DNA from: Guillardia theta CCMP2712
Taxonomy: Eukaryota > Protista > Cryptophyta
Assembly (NCBI RefSeq): GCF_000315625.1
Contig: NW_005434650.1
Coordinates: 276,005 to 340,004, forward strand
DNA: 64,000 nucleotides
Reading direction: 5' to 3'
Shown here: positions 47,847 to 60,295 of the stretch, piece by piece
Layout of the letters: each line of letters opens with the position of its first letter
Numbering within the stretch: position 1 is the stretch's first letter
Notes under the pieces: generated by a model
Told to the model about the DNA's origin: nothing
What the model saw: only the letters and a program-made list of their open reading frames with translations
The model's database searches: none
Made by a program: the position numbers and the translations under genes

Positions 47847-48005
47847 ATGTTTGCTCTCCTCCTCGACGCCAACTCCTACGTCAACACCATCAACACCTGG
47901 GCTGAGCCACACAACGCCAACGGCATCACCCCCAACACCGTCATCGACTCCAACGATGAGCCTCCCTGCAACAACCAGCAGCGCATGGTTGCCCGCGGAT
48001 ACTAA
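47847..48005 (+). CDS. 52-aa orphan peptide, probably highly expressed
   Basis: MFALLLDANSYVNTINTWAEPHNANGITPNTVIDSNDEPPCNNQQRMVARGY*; strong C-ending codon bias; 3' splice site (CTAAT..TTTCGCAG) 2 nt before the ATG. Confidence 0.75.
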   Translation: MFALLLDANSYVNTINTWAEPHNANGITPNTVIDSNDEPPCNNQQRMVARGY

Positions 48006-48064
48006 ATGGACAGGGTGAAAGTAAATGATGTATTGACATATGTACAACGATGATGCTCGACCCC

Positions 48065-51000
48065 TCACACGGGTAACTCGCCTTCCCCCAGCGCTACCAG
48101 AGATCCCTGCATGGAGTGAACACAGCGCAGAGGCAGCAGATCCTCTCACCTCCTTCTCGATGTAGCCGATGATCTGGTCTAGGTTGGGATCGGTCCGCAG
48201 GACATGCCGGCAGCCGACCTGAGTGTTGTCAACGAGGAGCATCGAGTTGAGGTTTCTCACAAGGATCAGCTTCGCTTTTGCTCGAGTCACCGCCACGTTC
48301 AACCTTCGGATGTCCGACACGAGAGAGCCGACCTTGAGCCACGTCAGCTTGTCAAGTCAGACGAGGCGCCTCCTCCACCTCCTCGTCTTGTTTGCTTCGC
48401 ACCAGCGACACTAAGATACACGCCTTGTCGCGTCCCTGGTATCTGTCCACCGTGCTGCACTCTATCCCCTTGCTCCCCTCGCCCATCCCTGCCAGCTGCG
48501 TTGAGATGGCGCGAACTTGCGCTCGGTACGGCGAGATGACGCCGATCTCCCGTGCCTGCGATGGATGAGGCAGAGACAGCAGCAGCAAAGCAAGTACCGG
48601 AACCCCCAACTGAATCATAGCTTCGCAGAGAGATACGATGACCCTTCCCTCGAGGACATTCATGCTCTTCGATGTGCGGACATGCGAGACGAGTTCACCT
48701 GCAAATCGCTTTCAGCACCGGGCACGTGCCAGTCCTCTCACCGGTATCGACAAAGGTGACAGCCGTCTGCACTGATAGAGCATCAGCAACCCATGGAGGA
48801 AGGGCGTTTGCCTCCAAGTCGCTGTACTCCAGCCGCCTGTTGGCCGTTGCCGCATCTCCACACTGAAGCGAGTCATCAAGATCGAAGGCGCCCAGCGCAT
48901 GTCTTGAGTCACCTTGAGTTGACCCCCGTAGACCATCAAGTTTGCTATCCCCATGATCCGCTCGTTCATCCTGTACTGTGTCGACAGATGAACCACCGCC
49001 TGATGTGAAGGAGCCGAGGAGTGAGAGGACGGAGCATCGATGGTGGTGAGAGACCTGAGGGTGAGCATCCGACAAGCGCTTGAAGAGGGACACATCCATC
49101 CCAAGCTTCCTTGCCTGTTCATCTAGTTCAGAGGAGGGAGGAGTGAGAGGTAGGGGATGACGTCACCTCCTCGCTCTTGACCAGCGGAGGTAGCTGATGA
49201 TGATCTCCGACCAGCACGAAGACATCGGCCAACCGGAGAGGCCCGAGGCATGCGGGCTGAGAGATCTGGAGGATCGAGCGGGATGAGCTGGACCAGTAGA
49301 GTGAGGGGAGGCGGCGTCTCTTGCCTGGGAAGCTTCATCGACGATGCAATAGTCGAATCGGATTCGCTTCAGGAGCGCCGAGTGAACGTTGGCACAGGTG
49401 GTAGCGATGACCTGGGGAGGATCAACGAGGAGGGGAGGGACGAGTGATCGGGCGACCTGACAGTCAAACAGGAACTCCTTGAGCTGTGCCGTTGACTTGA
49501 ATCTGCTCGAGTCAAACAGATATGGCTCCAGCTCTTCGGGGAAACCATCGCCCTGCGGCCTGCGGGTGGTGGTAAGGGCCCAGCGGGAGAGCAAGGAGGA
49601 GGTTCGGACCTTCCGATGCGGAGGAAATTGACGTTGAGCGATTTCAACTTGACGAGGATGTTGTCGACTGCGCTGTGAGTGTACGCAGAGATGAGAACTC
49701 GTCTCCCTCTCTTCACAAGCTCTCGGACAGCAAACGACATTGTCGTCGTCTGCGAGAGGGTCAAGGGAACAAGCGAGGAGTAGGCAAGCAAGGTTGACTT
49801 TACCTTCCCCGTCCCAGGCATCCCGTGGAGCAGCAGGTAATCTTTGGCAGCAAGCAGCTTATTGATGAAAGCCTCCTGCTCCTCGTTGAGATTCAAACTC
49901 TCTGACGTCCGAAGCTCCGCCTCCGTCTCTTGAGGCACAACCGCATCCTCCTCTGCAACGTTCTCTCAAGACTGAGCGATTTTCCCACACCACCTACCGA
50001 AACGAGGAGCAGCGAGGTCTACGACGAGGGACCTTCTCTTCTCGTCCCCATTCTTGGGCAGGAACAGTTTGTAGAGGTTGAAACGGACCCTGCTCCACAA
50101 ACTAGACTGCTCGTCTTTGTCCAGCCGCCAGAGTCGCTCTGAGAGAAAAAAAGGGTCAATGGAGAGCTAGGAGGAGGAGCAAAATCTCAGGTTCACCTCT
50201 TCGAATGTCCTCCGCCAGCTCCTCCTCAGTCACCACAAGCCTTTGGAAGCACACGATGACGCTCGTCTCATTCACTCGCACGATCCTCCCTGACTTCCCC
50301 GCGCCTCTCTCATCCTCCTTGCGAGCAGAGACCATGTCGCCCTCGTGGAGTGGGAGGTCAAGGATGGACCTTCGGCTCCACCCGAACTTTTCCTTGAACG
50401 TGTCATCGTCTTCATACCGCTTGAAAGTGTAAACAAACTCCTCCCTTCCCCTTCCTGCTTCACATGTCGTTATCAACATCCTCGCGTATCCCTCGCCATA
50501 ATGTTCGGCTTGCGCGCTCGTTCTTGCCTTGCAGCGTTCCCTGCTGCCAGTCTTGCTCGCTTCCTCGAGCGATATCATCCGCTCCCACTCCGCGACATAG
50601 TCGAGATGGGTGTCAGAAAGGTGGGACGTGTTCTCCAAGATGACTTTCCCCGCTCTGCTCACTTCTCTCTCCTCACACGCTCGATGCAGGATGCTGCAGA
50701 CCTGCGACTGGAAGCAGAACTGACACTTGGACACGTCGGAGATGACGGGAGGAAGGGACTGACGCTTCAGATGAGCCGCAAGCTTGTTTCTTCCCTGCAA
50801 GATTCCCTTGACCTCGGGGGATAAGAACGGGATGCCTTGCAGGCTGCCCGTCTTGAGGTACAGGAGCAGACCCGCGTGCTGATCATCGTGCAAGTTCGGG
50901 TATCGCTTCCTCATGAGCAGCGAGTAGAGGATCACCTGCGCCCTGTGTGCGATGGAACCTTCTTTGCCGCTCTTGATCTCCAGGGGAAGCATGGCGACGC

Positions 51001-53266
51001 TGCTGCCCTCCCGCTCCTCCCGATCGTGCAACCGAACCTCAACGGTCGCGTCAACTTGACCCTTGATGCCGAAGGTGCGGGAGTGAATCATCTCCTCGAT
51101 GTCCTGCACTGACCCGATCGAGAGCTGCTGCCGCTGCCTCCCAAAGTCAAGAGAGAACTTCGTCGCGCCCCCGTCAAAGCGCGATGAGGCCACCTTCTCC
51201 ACGTTCCCTTGAAATTCCTGCAGGCGATTCTTCGCATCCTCCGAGCTCAGCCCAACTGACAGGAGATCGACGGTGTTGTCTCCGACTGCCTGCTCTACCA
51301 GCGATGCAAACGAGTCGTCGGAGTAGCGGCCGCGCTGCAGGATCCCTTGGAAGACTGTGTGCGTCATGTTACCGATGATGGCACTCTCGTTGAGCTCCGA
51401 GTCTCTGACCATCTCGCTCAGGATGGCGCGGCGATCGCAGGTGAAGACATCGCCGATCCTCGTCGCTGAGATCATGCAGTCGGGCTCGACGATCAGCACC
51501 AGGTCGCTGGTCTGGTCGTCGAGCTGCAAGAGGTCGGGGGTCGGCTGGTTGCTCAAGGAGACGAGGGAGACCTTGTCCCCGGCCTGCAGGCTCGTCTGCG
51601 ACCAGCTCCCTCCCAGGGACATCTCGACGAGCTCGGCAGTCATGAGGTCTTTGAGGGAAAGCATCTTGGACCCGTCTGATGTATCCGCAATCTCCTCGAC
51701 CGTGAAGAACCTTTCACCAGCATCGCACGGCACATTGCCGTCACACTCCCGCTTGCAACCCCCCTGGTTATCGACAGGCTGGTCTGTCATGCTCTCAGTC
51801 TGTTCAGTCGCAGGATCAACAGGCTTGCCCGAGGTCTCCTTCTTCTTCTGGTAGTCAGACACGAGCGAATCAACCAGCGCAATCAGGTCGTCGTCCATGT
51901 CGTCCTCGAAGTTCAGCTCGCAAGTCTGCGCATCCTTCTTGTCTTTCGGGGATATCACGGCCTTCCCTCCTCCTCCTGGCTTCCCGCCCTTCCTCCCCTC
52001 CTGCACTTTCACCTGGTCGTGGCACATTTCTTGAATCCTCGAGGCCTCGCACACGTTTGACTCGCTTCCTTCGCTCTTCTCTTCCTGCGCCTTCCCCGAG
52101 ATCCTGCTCTTCAGCCCGTCTCGTGAAAGGGACTCGAGAAGGTCCTCAACGACAGTCGGGCTGCTGTCCATCGAAGACTTGTCACTCCAATCTGAAGGAG
52201 AACAAAAACTCCTCTGGTCCCGCACACTGTTCTCTTCGCCCCTTCTGGCCTCTGGAGCTCTCCGGGACCTCTCCTGAATGTCATCCCCATCCTCGTTCCT
52301 CCCCTTGTCCGAGCTGCGGAACTGATCGATGATGTGCTTCATTTTGTTCGCCAACGCCTGATCCCTCCGGATCTTCTTGGAATCCTGAGCATCCTTGCCG
52401 CTGGCCGGTATCATGAGGCAAGTAGGGATCCTGACGCGGCTCTGAGACTTCTCCTGCGACTTGTGGAACGTCAAGGGGACTGGAGCGGCAAAGGAGGATC
52501 TGCGAGCTGCCGACGACTTGATCAGCGAGTTCTGTTTCCTCCGGGTGCTCTGGGCTGAACTGCTCTCCTCGTTCTCGAAGACTTCGTCGGCCTCCTCTTG
52601 CTCGAGCAGGTCGAAGATGTCCTGGGAAGGGGAAGGTTCTTCGTTCTCCTCTCCAACCCCGAAGGAGACATGGTTCGAAAACTTCATTGGAGTCGCGAAG
52701 GCCGTTGACTCGTCGGAGCACAGCCCCGGCGTCTCATTGGGCCATACCAGATTTTCCTTCTCTCCGACAGGGTCTTGATCTACCTTTCCCTTTTCCTTGC
52801 GTTCACGCTTCTTGACCTCGTCCTCTCTCCCTCTACCCTCCATGTCACTCTCTGCTCGACCAACTTCTGCCAGCTTCTCATCCTCAGACCTCCTCGCCTC
52901 CGATGTCGATGCCCTTGCTGCCTCCTCTTGTGGATGGTGACTCTCCACTTCCAGCGACATCTTGACGTCAACCGTCTGCTTCGTGTCGATACTGTCAGGT
53001 GGTGCATGCTGAGAATCGGAATCAGGTTGTAGCAGACCCTGCCTGTCTCCTCCCTGCGACATGGGAGCATTCTTAGGTTCTATCTTGGTGCTCACAGTGA
53101 AGAACTTGTTGATAGAGGTTTGAGTGCTGTCTGGTTCAGTCTTCAACTTCTTGCCCCTCGTCTGAGTGAGGGACAGCCTCTCTAAGATGCCAAGAAAGAA
53201 CAACGTCAGAAGGAAGCATTCGCAGGCTGAAAATGTCTTACCTTTGGTCTTGCTCTGTCGTTTCAT
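48065..53266 (-). CDS. DNA2: DNA2 nuclease-helicase
   Basis: Fe-S Cys (TCDRR; CQFC..VC), nuclease [20 protein letters not shown], helicase GMPGTGK|[16 protein letters not shown]|[33 protein letters not shown]. Confidence 0.97.
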
Positions 53267-54048
53267 GGTATCGCTTTGCCTTCACTTCATAGCATCGCTG
53301 CGCGCCGACTCTCCGAGGGTCTAGCAGGAAAGCAGGAGCGAGAGAGACGGGATAAGAGGCTTTAGATGAGCATGACGCAAGAGGGAAAGCGAAACAGCTC
53401 CTTGTGCATGGCCGACTGTTCTCGCCTAATCACACCATGAAGGGCGCGTGGCGGGAACAGAACGAGGAAAACTGGGGTAGGGGTATCTGGTGAAGGGTGG
53501 TCAACTTACATGAGTGAAATATAGGAGGTAGGGTTACATAAGTACCTGGTCATCTTTAGTTAAAGACTTGGTAAATTTAGCCGGTGACAATCAAAATTCT
53601 GAGGGTCATCTCATGATGGTAGGGGTATACTTCCAGATGGGTAGTCCTGGGTGGGTAGTCTGGCGAATGGATGAGGGCCATTAACCTTCGGAAGGAAATT
53701 CAAACCGGCGTGTAAAACATCACAAGCGTCAAAAAGCGTGTATTCAAATAAGAACAACATAGCAGCAACAGTATCTGACTGACTGAGAACATTGCTGGGA
53801 GTAGCATGCTTTCTGTTGAGAAAGCAGATGTCCAGGCCTCACACATGCCTTCATGTTATCACTTGTTCCTTATAGGTCTCTCCTACCCCTTCAACCTACA
53901 ACTGTAGATGAGTCGAAGTTTTTCTTTATTCGTATCCGCTGCATGTCTCAGGCCAAGAAGGAGGGCAGGAAAAGCATCCGAGGGGTCCAACATGAAGTAG
54001 AATCAGCTGCTACTCTCATTCTTCCATGCGAGCGCCGTTCCCCAGCAT

Positions 54049-56819
54049 CTACTCGAACTCCATGATGCACTCATCCAGCGCCAGGTTCTGTCCGACTTTC
54101 GCATGAATCTTCTTGACCGTCGAGTCCTTGGGCGCCCGCAAGACGTTCTGCATCTTCATCGCTTCGACGACACAGATCTCCTGCCCGGCTATCACACTTT
54201 CGCCCTCTGTGCAGACGAATCAGTTGAGGGAGTCACTTAAGGTAGTCGACCTTTGACGGCGATGGAGTGGAGCTTGCCGGGCATCGGCGTGCAGAGATGT
54301 GAAGAATGATCGACTTCCACCTTGACTGGCATGTACTTGGACAGTTCTTCGAGCCTCTCCGAGCGAATGGTGATCTTGTATGGGCTCCCGGACATGGAGA
54401 GGATATAACTAACCCACCAGTCAGCTCACATGGACAGAGGGCTCAAAGAAGCTACCCCGAGTTTGTCTTCTCAAAAGCCTGCACGATCCTTACCATCCCT
54501 GTCTCAGTGCATCTGCCAATCTCTGGATTACTTCTCCTCCTCAACCATCAAAGATCACTACTTACTTGGCCAGGTACAACCCCGAGTTGCTGGGGAGATC
54601 AGCTGTGAGGACTCTTGGGACACGGTCTTGGATGGTGATCACGAATTCAGTGGAGATGACGTCTCCAAGCTTGGGACGCCTGGCCGCAATGTGCAGTCGT
54701 TTCTTCACGACTTCTCCCACAGTCCCCTCGATCGTCACAACCAGTTCCTGGACGTTTCTTTTCAGCACGATGCCGTCAGGATGTCACGTTTACCTGCTCG
54801 CCGATGATGTGGTCGGGCGACATCACGCTGACAAGAGCAGCTCGTCCAACCGTCTGTCTTCCTCCAACGTGGCTTCCCTCTGGCTGAAGGAAGATCTTGG
54901 CCTGCATGAGCGTCATACTCTGAACGCCTATAGACGGGAGCACTCGCCTGCTGCTTGTGCTGCATGTGAAGCATCGCAGCGATGGCGCTCAGTTCGTTTC
55001 CTTCCAGCTCCGTCAACACATGCCTGACAACATAGGTTGTCAGTAAATTCTTTCGAGGATTACCGGGCAGGCAAACTCACCCTCGGAAACCAGGGGGAGG
55101 ATATTCTTGAGCAATAAAGTGAGTTGTGAGATCGCCCGACTATAGTTCAAGGAAAGATGCGTCAGAGAAAAGTATTTGCTTTCACCAAGTACCATGAATC
55201 GAGGATTATCCATCACATCTCTCACAAAGTTGATGTTGCAACGAACTCCTTTGACGACGAAGGCGTCCAGTGCCGTCTTCATCTTGTTGATCGCTTCAAT
55301 CCGAGTTGGAGCGTGCGTGACAAGTTTTCCTATCATTGGGTCGTAATGAATGCTGGAAACAAGTTTGCTTAGTTGTCAATCATCCAGATTATCCACTGCC
55401 TCTTACCTAATCTCACTCCCTTCCTCGACGCCTGCATCAATGCGAACAACGCCGGTCTCGTCTTCGTACTCCTCAGGAGGGATGTATCGATGGAGTACTC
55501 CGACCTGACATCATCACACCATCAGCCATGAAATGTCTGAGACTGAGCAGGTCACCGATGGGAGGAAGTTCCTCAGGGAATCTTCAGCATAAATTCTTGA
55601 TTCCATGGCCCATCCCTGAAATTCAGAATCATTCTAACGCGAGGAGTACGAACAGTGAAGGAGGACGAGAGTAACCTTAGGTCTGATCTCATCTTGATGT
55701 ATCTTGAGTTTCTCTCCTGCTGCTACGCGAATCATCATTTCAACCAGGTCGAACCCTGTCACTAATTCTGTCACTGGATGTTCGACCTGAAACACAAACA
55801 TCAGAAACCCATGGATACACAGTAAAGCAAAGGACCTGCAATCTTGTGTTCATCTCAAGGAAATAGAAGTTGCGATCCCCATCCACCATCATCTCCACCG
55901 TTCCAGCTGAGTGATAATGAACGGCTTTAGCTAGCGAAACTGCTTGTTCTCCCATCGCACGCCAAGTTTGCTCATCCAGGAAGGGACTTGGCGCCTCTTC
56001 AATGACTTTCTGGTTTCGCCTCTGAATCGAGCACTCTCGCTCCGGCAAGTAGAGGACATTCCCATGCTTATCTGCGATGATCTGAATCTCAATGTGTCGT
56101 GGTTGTTGAACAAACTTCTCTATGAAGATCCTGTCATCACCGAAGGAAGCTGAAGCCTCAGCTTTTGACAGGCGGAAACCTTCGGCCGCCTCTGCGTCAT
56201 TATGCGCAATACGCATGCCCTTTCCTCCCCCCCCAGCAGAAGCTTTGATCATCACGGGATAACCGATCGCTTTCGAAACTCGCACTGCGTCGCTTTCTGT
56301 CAAGATGAGGCCAAGTTGACCAGGAATCGTGTTGACCCCCGCCTGAATCGCCAGCTTCTTGGACTCGATCTTGTCTCCCATGGACCGAATAGAGAAGGGA
56401 CCCGGGCCTATGAAAACCAGTCCCTCCTTCTCCAGCCTCTCAGCAAAGCCTGCATTCTCAGACAAAAAACCGTAACCAGGGTGTACAGCCTGTGCGCCTG
56501 TCAACTTCATGGCTTCAACGATGGCATCTATGTTCAGATAAGACTGCGAAGATGCGGCAGGTCCAACACAGACTGCTTCATCACAAGCCTTCACATGCAC
56601 AGCCCTTGCATCTGCTTCCGAGTAGATCGCAACCGTTTTGATTCCCATCCGTCTCGCAGTCTTGGCAACTCTGCATGCTATTTCACCTCTGTTCGCAATC
56701 AGGATCTTGTCGAACGGAGGTTTTTCCGCTGAGACAGAGAAACTTCTATTGCCGAGAGACCAGTTGAGCACTCTGGACGATAGGACGCTGAGACTTCGCA
56801 TTCCGCTTGCCGACTGCAT
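54049..56819 (-). CDS. PCCA: Propionyl-CoA carboxylase alpha subunit, mitochondrial precursor
   Basis: [62 protein letters not shown]|VEHP, biotin motif EAMKMQN; R/S-rich presequence. Start could be 56912. Confidence 0.93.
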
Positions 56820-57768
56820 TCCCCGCTCTGAGACGAAGAGAAATGTACATCTGACTGCAATTCTCTGACAACCAGCCGATTGCCTCTGGCCAAAAACCTT
56901 TTGACGAAACATGGCTGCTGCAGCAACACAAAGGCACAGCGCCTCTCAGCCCTCGATCCCTTCCTGCATGCAATCATGTTCAGTGGTAGAAGTGCGTAAC
57001 GTTGTTGGATCGATCAAGGTGAACCAGACAAAGAAAACTATGTTGCAATTCATCGTCATGATCTTCTGATCTATTTCCTGATTCTTTATGCTCTTCATTA
57101 CTTTCTTCTTGCCCGAAGGTCCCTTGGCATTTCACCATGACCATATGACCTTAACATCTCCTTTCTCCTCATATCCTTGCTTCTTCCCTTGTTTCCCTTC
57201 CTTCCTCTGATCTTCTCCGCTTTCTTCTCTGACCCTCATATCTTCCTTCTCTTGGCGCCTTAACATTGCTTCTTGCTCGTGATCTTTTCCTTCTCCGCAC
57301 ATCTCCTCGTCTCTCCTCGCTCATGTTCATATCTTCGCATCGCCACTCCTTGTCTCGCATCTCCGCGGGATGCAACAACCACGAGAACCGGCCCCCCTGA
57401 TGCCACCCCTTTACCCCCAAACGTACCCCTATACATCATTCACATGACCCTGGTATTTACTTCAAAAAGTACCCACCAATCCGCAAAAATTCACCACCCT
57501 ACCCCACCATTCTTGCAATACCTACCCCACCTTCAAATTCCTTCACAATCTGTCACTTGGTCCCCCATCATCTCTGGTCACATCACAACCCTACCCTACC
57601 TCTCACATTCGGAGTTCACTACCCCTAAAGATTCGATTCAAGTACCCCACCTGTGCATAAGCCATTCAGCCATACAACAAAAGGACCGGTGTTTGTGAAA
57701 AATACCCCCACCCTCTGTTTCAATGGTAAATGTGGCGGTGGGCTGAAGTCGACCAGCGGCTCTTCACG

Positions 57769-59401
57769 ATGGCACAGAAAAGTGTTTGGTTGATGAGCGG
57801 AGCAGCCGCTGCGGCGATGATGATGGCGATGATGGTAAGTTCAGAAGATGATATTATGATACCTGATGATCAGGATCATGCTTAGAAGTCATTCCCAGAA
57901 GTAAAGGAGGGTTTGACTGAACAGAACAGAATTTGACGATGGAGACAGTGCGAATTGAAAGTATCGGACTTACATGAAAAAGGAATGCTGTCTACGTACT
58001 GATGTGTGAGATAGTTTCACAGTGGAAGACTTTTGATTCGCGGAAGATAGATCCAGGAAAAGAATTGAGGACGCTGATAGACTTTTACCAGTGTGTTTGT
58101 TCCGGGTCTGTAGGCCATACTACGAAGAAATGAAGTAGGGCAAAGGCAGGAGGAATAGAACTAGCGAGGAGTGCTGTGAAAGACCAGCCATCTCATTCCG
58201 CGTTCTTCCTGCTACAGGTTTTGTCTGGAGTGAAGAGAACTTCTCTTCTGCAGAAGTCAAAGCTGGCTTCCTCTGGTGTCGATCCGCGCGAGGTATACCC
58301 TCTTCCATGTCCTTACATGCGCTCACCTCTATGGAAACAGGCTGGATCCTTGATCTACGCTATTGAAGGTGAAGTGGCAAGAGACAATCTACAGAGATCG
58401 ATGGATGAAGCCAACAAAGAGGTGAATGCGACGACTTATGTTTCGAACTCTGATTATCTCGTCAGCGAATGATGGAACGTCAAAGGATGCTCGACCGCCA
58501 GCGACAGAGGGTGAAATTGCATTGGACGATCATGTGTTTGTGATGTTGGTTTAGGATGAAGAAACCGATGCTCGCATGTTTGATGCTTGCAACCGCAACC
58601 CTTCCTTGCCTGGATGCCCGTACTACCCCAAGCCGTCGGTGAGCGAACGTTAGGGATTTTTCTACATGGCTGATCATGTATGCATAGCGTGGTTTCGATA
58701 CCGTTGACCCCGCTGCTGGTGAACTTTGTCACCAACTCCTCTCATCAATCTGACATTGGTCATCAGCTGGTCCTCTCGTGTACGCTGTGTACGCTCAAAA
58801 TGCCCGTGACAACCTTAACTACATGAGGAATGCTGAAAAGGACGAGGTTGATCTTTCAAAACTTAGACATGATTTAATATTTACCTACCATGAACAGGTC
58901 ATGTACGACAGATACCAACAGGATGTTGAGCGCTTTGAGAGAGAGGTGTCATGTCCACACCATGTCAATGATTACAGGATGACGCTCTCTTGCATCAGAT
59001 GGCAGTAGCTGAGAGGATGATTGATGCCTGCAACAGAGATCCCTCTTTGGCTGGTTGTACTTGTCCCGTTGCACCAGATCTGTCTTACGTTGTGAACAGG
59101 ATGCCCGTACTATCCGAACATTCGTCCTCCTACGTGGCCTAGCGATCCGACCAAGGACGGGGATCTCATCTATGCCAAGGGAGCTTCTGACGCTCGTGAC
59201 GCGTAATGTCCTGAGACATGTGGTGTATGATCTCTGAGGTATGTGAGCAGCTTGGAGCGCAACCGCCAGGAGAGTGAAGACTACATGAGGTGGGTTCATG
59301 ACCAGGAGGCGGCTGAGGCTGCACAGCGCAAAGAGGCCGAGGCAGAGCGCCTCAGGATCAGCTGTCAGCTCAATCCATCACTTCCAGGATGCCCCTACTA
59401 G
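57769..59401 (+). CDS. Signal-anchored protein with three tandem ~80-aa repeats ending C-x2-[ND]PSL[PA]GCPY (11 exons)
   Basis: All ten GT-AG introns splice in frame and reveal the internal triplication; first intron 57835-58217; TAG 59399-59401. Confidence 0.85.
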
Positions 59402-59563
59402 ATATTTGACATACGCCTGCGGGAAGGGAGGTGCGACGGAACAGAATGAAATTCAGCTGGAGATGCACGCTTCTCTGTTGTTTCTCATTAATTTCAGTTG
59501 TGCAGCAGAATACACTAGATCAAGCTTCACAATTAAATAGATCAAAAGATACACGTTGAGCCC

Positions 59564-60295
59564 TCAATCCTCCCGACAACACCAAACTGCCCTTTTCTTC
59601 CAGCAGACATCGCCACATTGCACCTTCTTCAGAGGTGGAGCTTTGTCGCCTAGTTTCGCACGTTTCTCCTTCTGTTCTTCTTGGTCCAAAATCATCTTGT
59701 CCTGTTGCTGCATTGCAGAGATCATCTCAGGCATATCATCATCGTAAGTTGGGATTGTGGCATGCGAGCTATCATCGTCGACGAAAGAACGCTGGTAACA
59801 ATCTTCCGGTGTTACACATGGAGATCCTTCGGCTTCATTCTCCCTTGTAGATGATTCTTCTGCCTGAAGTCCATCACTTCCCTCTGTATGTTGTTCATCC
59901 TGCTCGGCCGTTTCATTCTCCTGAGCTGGTTGCTCGCTTTCCCCGGTCATTCCACTCGGTGAAGCCTCGTTGTCTGTTAACATATTCCCTCTGAAAGCAG
60001 TAGCGCTCGTCTTGATTGTGCGTGTTTTCAATTCATGGGACAGCTTTCTCGAGTAGGTGAATCGCGAAATTAGTTGATGCTCTGTTTTAGCATTCTCGGC
60101 TCTCTGCATAAGCCGGAAAAGTTGCCTCTCATGAGGAGTTAAAACATGCAGTATTGTTTCTCGCGACTTGTGCTGTGTTTGCAAGAGTTTTGGCTGCGTA
60201 GGAGGATTGAGCAAGCACAGCAATATCAGCGCAGACAAGACTCCAAGCGAACCAACGACCAACAATGTGACACGAATATCTGCTTTCGACTTCAT
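59564..60295 (-). CDS. Signal-anchored hypothetical protein with acidic linker and Cys-rich C-terminus
   Basis: 243-codon ORF; TM VTLLVVGSLGVLSALILLCLL; CVTPEDC and CGDVCWKKRAVWCC. Confidence 0.75.
   Translation of the reverse strand: MKSKADIRVTLLVVGSLGVLSALILLCLLNPPTQPKLLQTQHKSRETILHVLTPHERQLFRLMQRAENAKTEHQLISRFTYSRKLSHELKTRTIKTSATAFRGNMLTDNEASPSGMTGESEQPAQENETAEQDEQHTEGSDGLQAEESSTRENEAEGSPCVTPEDCYQRSFVDDDSSHATIPTYDDDMPEMISAMQQQDKMILDQEEQKEKRAKLGDKAPPLKKVQCGDVCWKKRAVWCCRED

Noticed and set aside
57860-57925. Possible C/D snoRNA (TGATGA..CTGA) in the 383-nt intron
   Set aside because: No terminal stem or recognisable guide; needs a snoscan or Rfam search.
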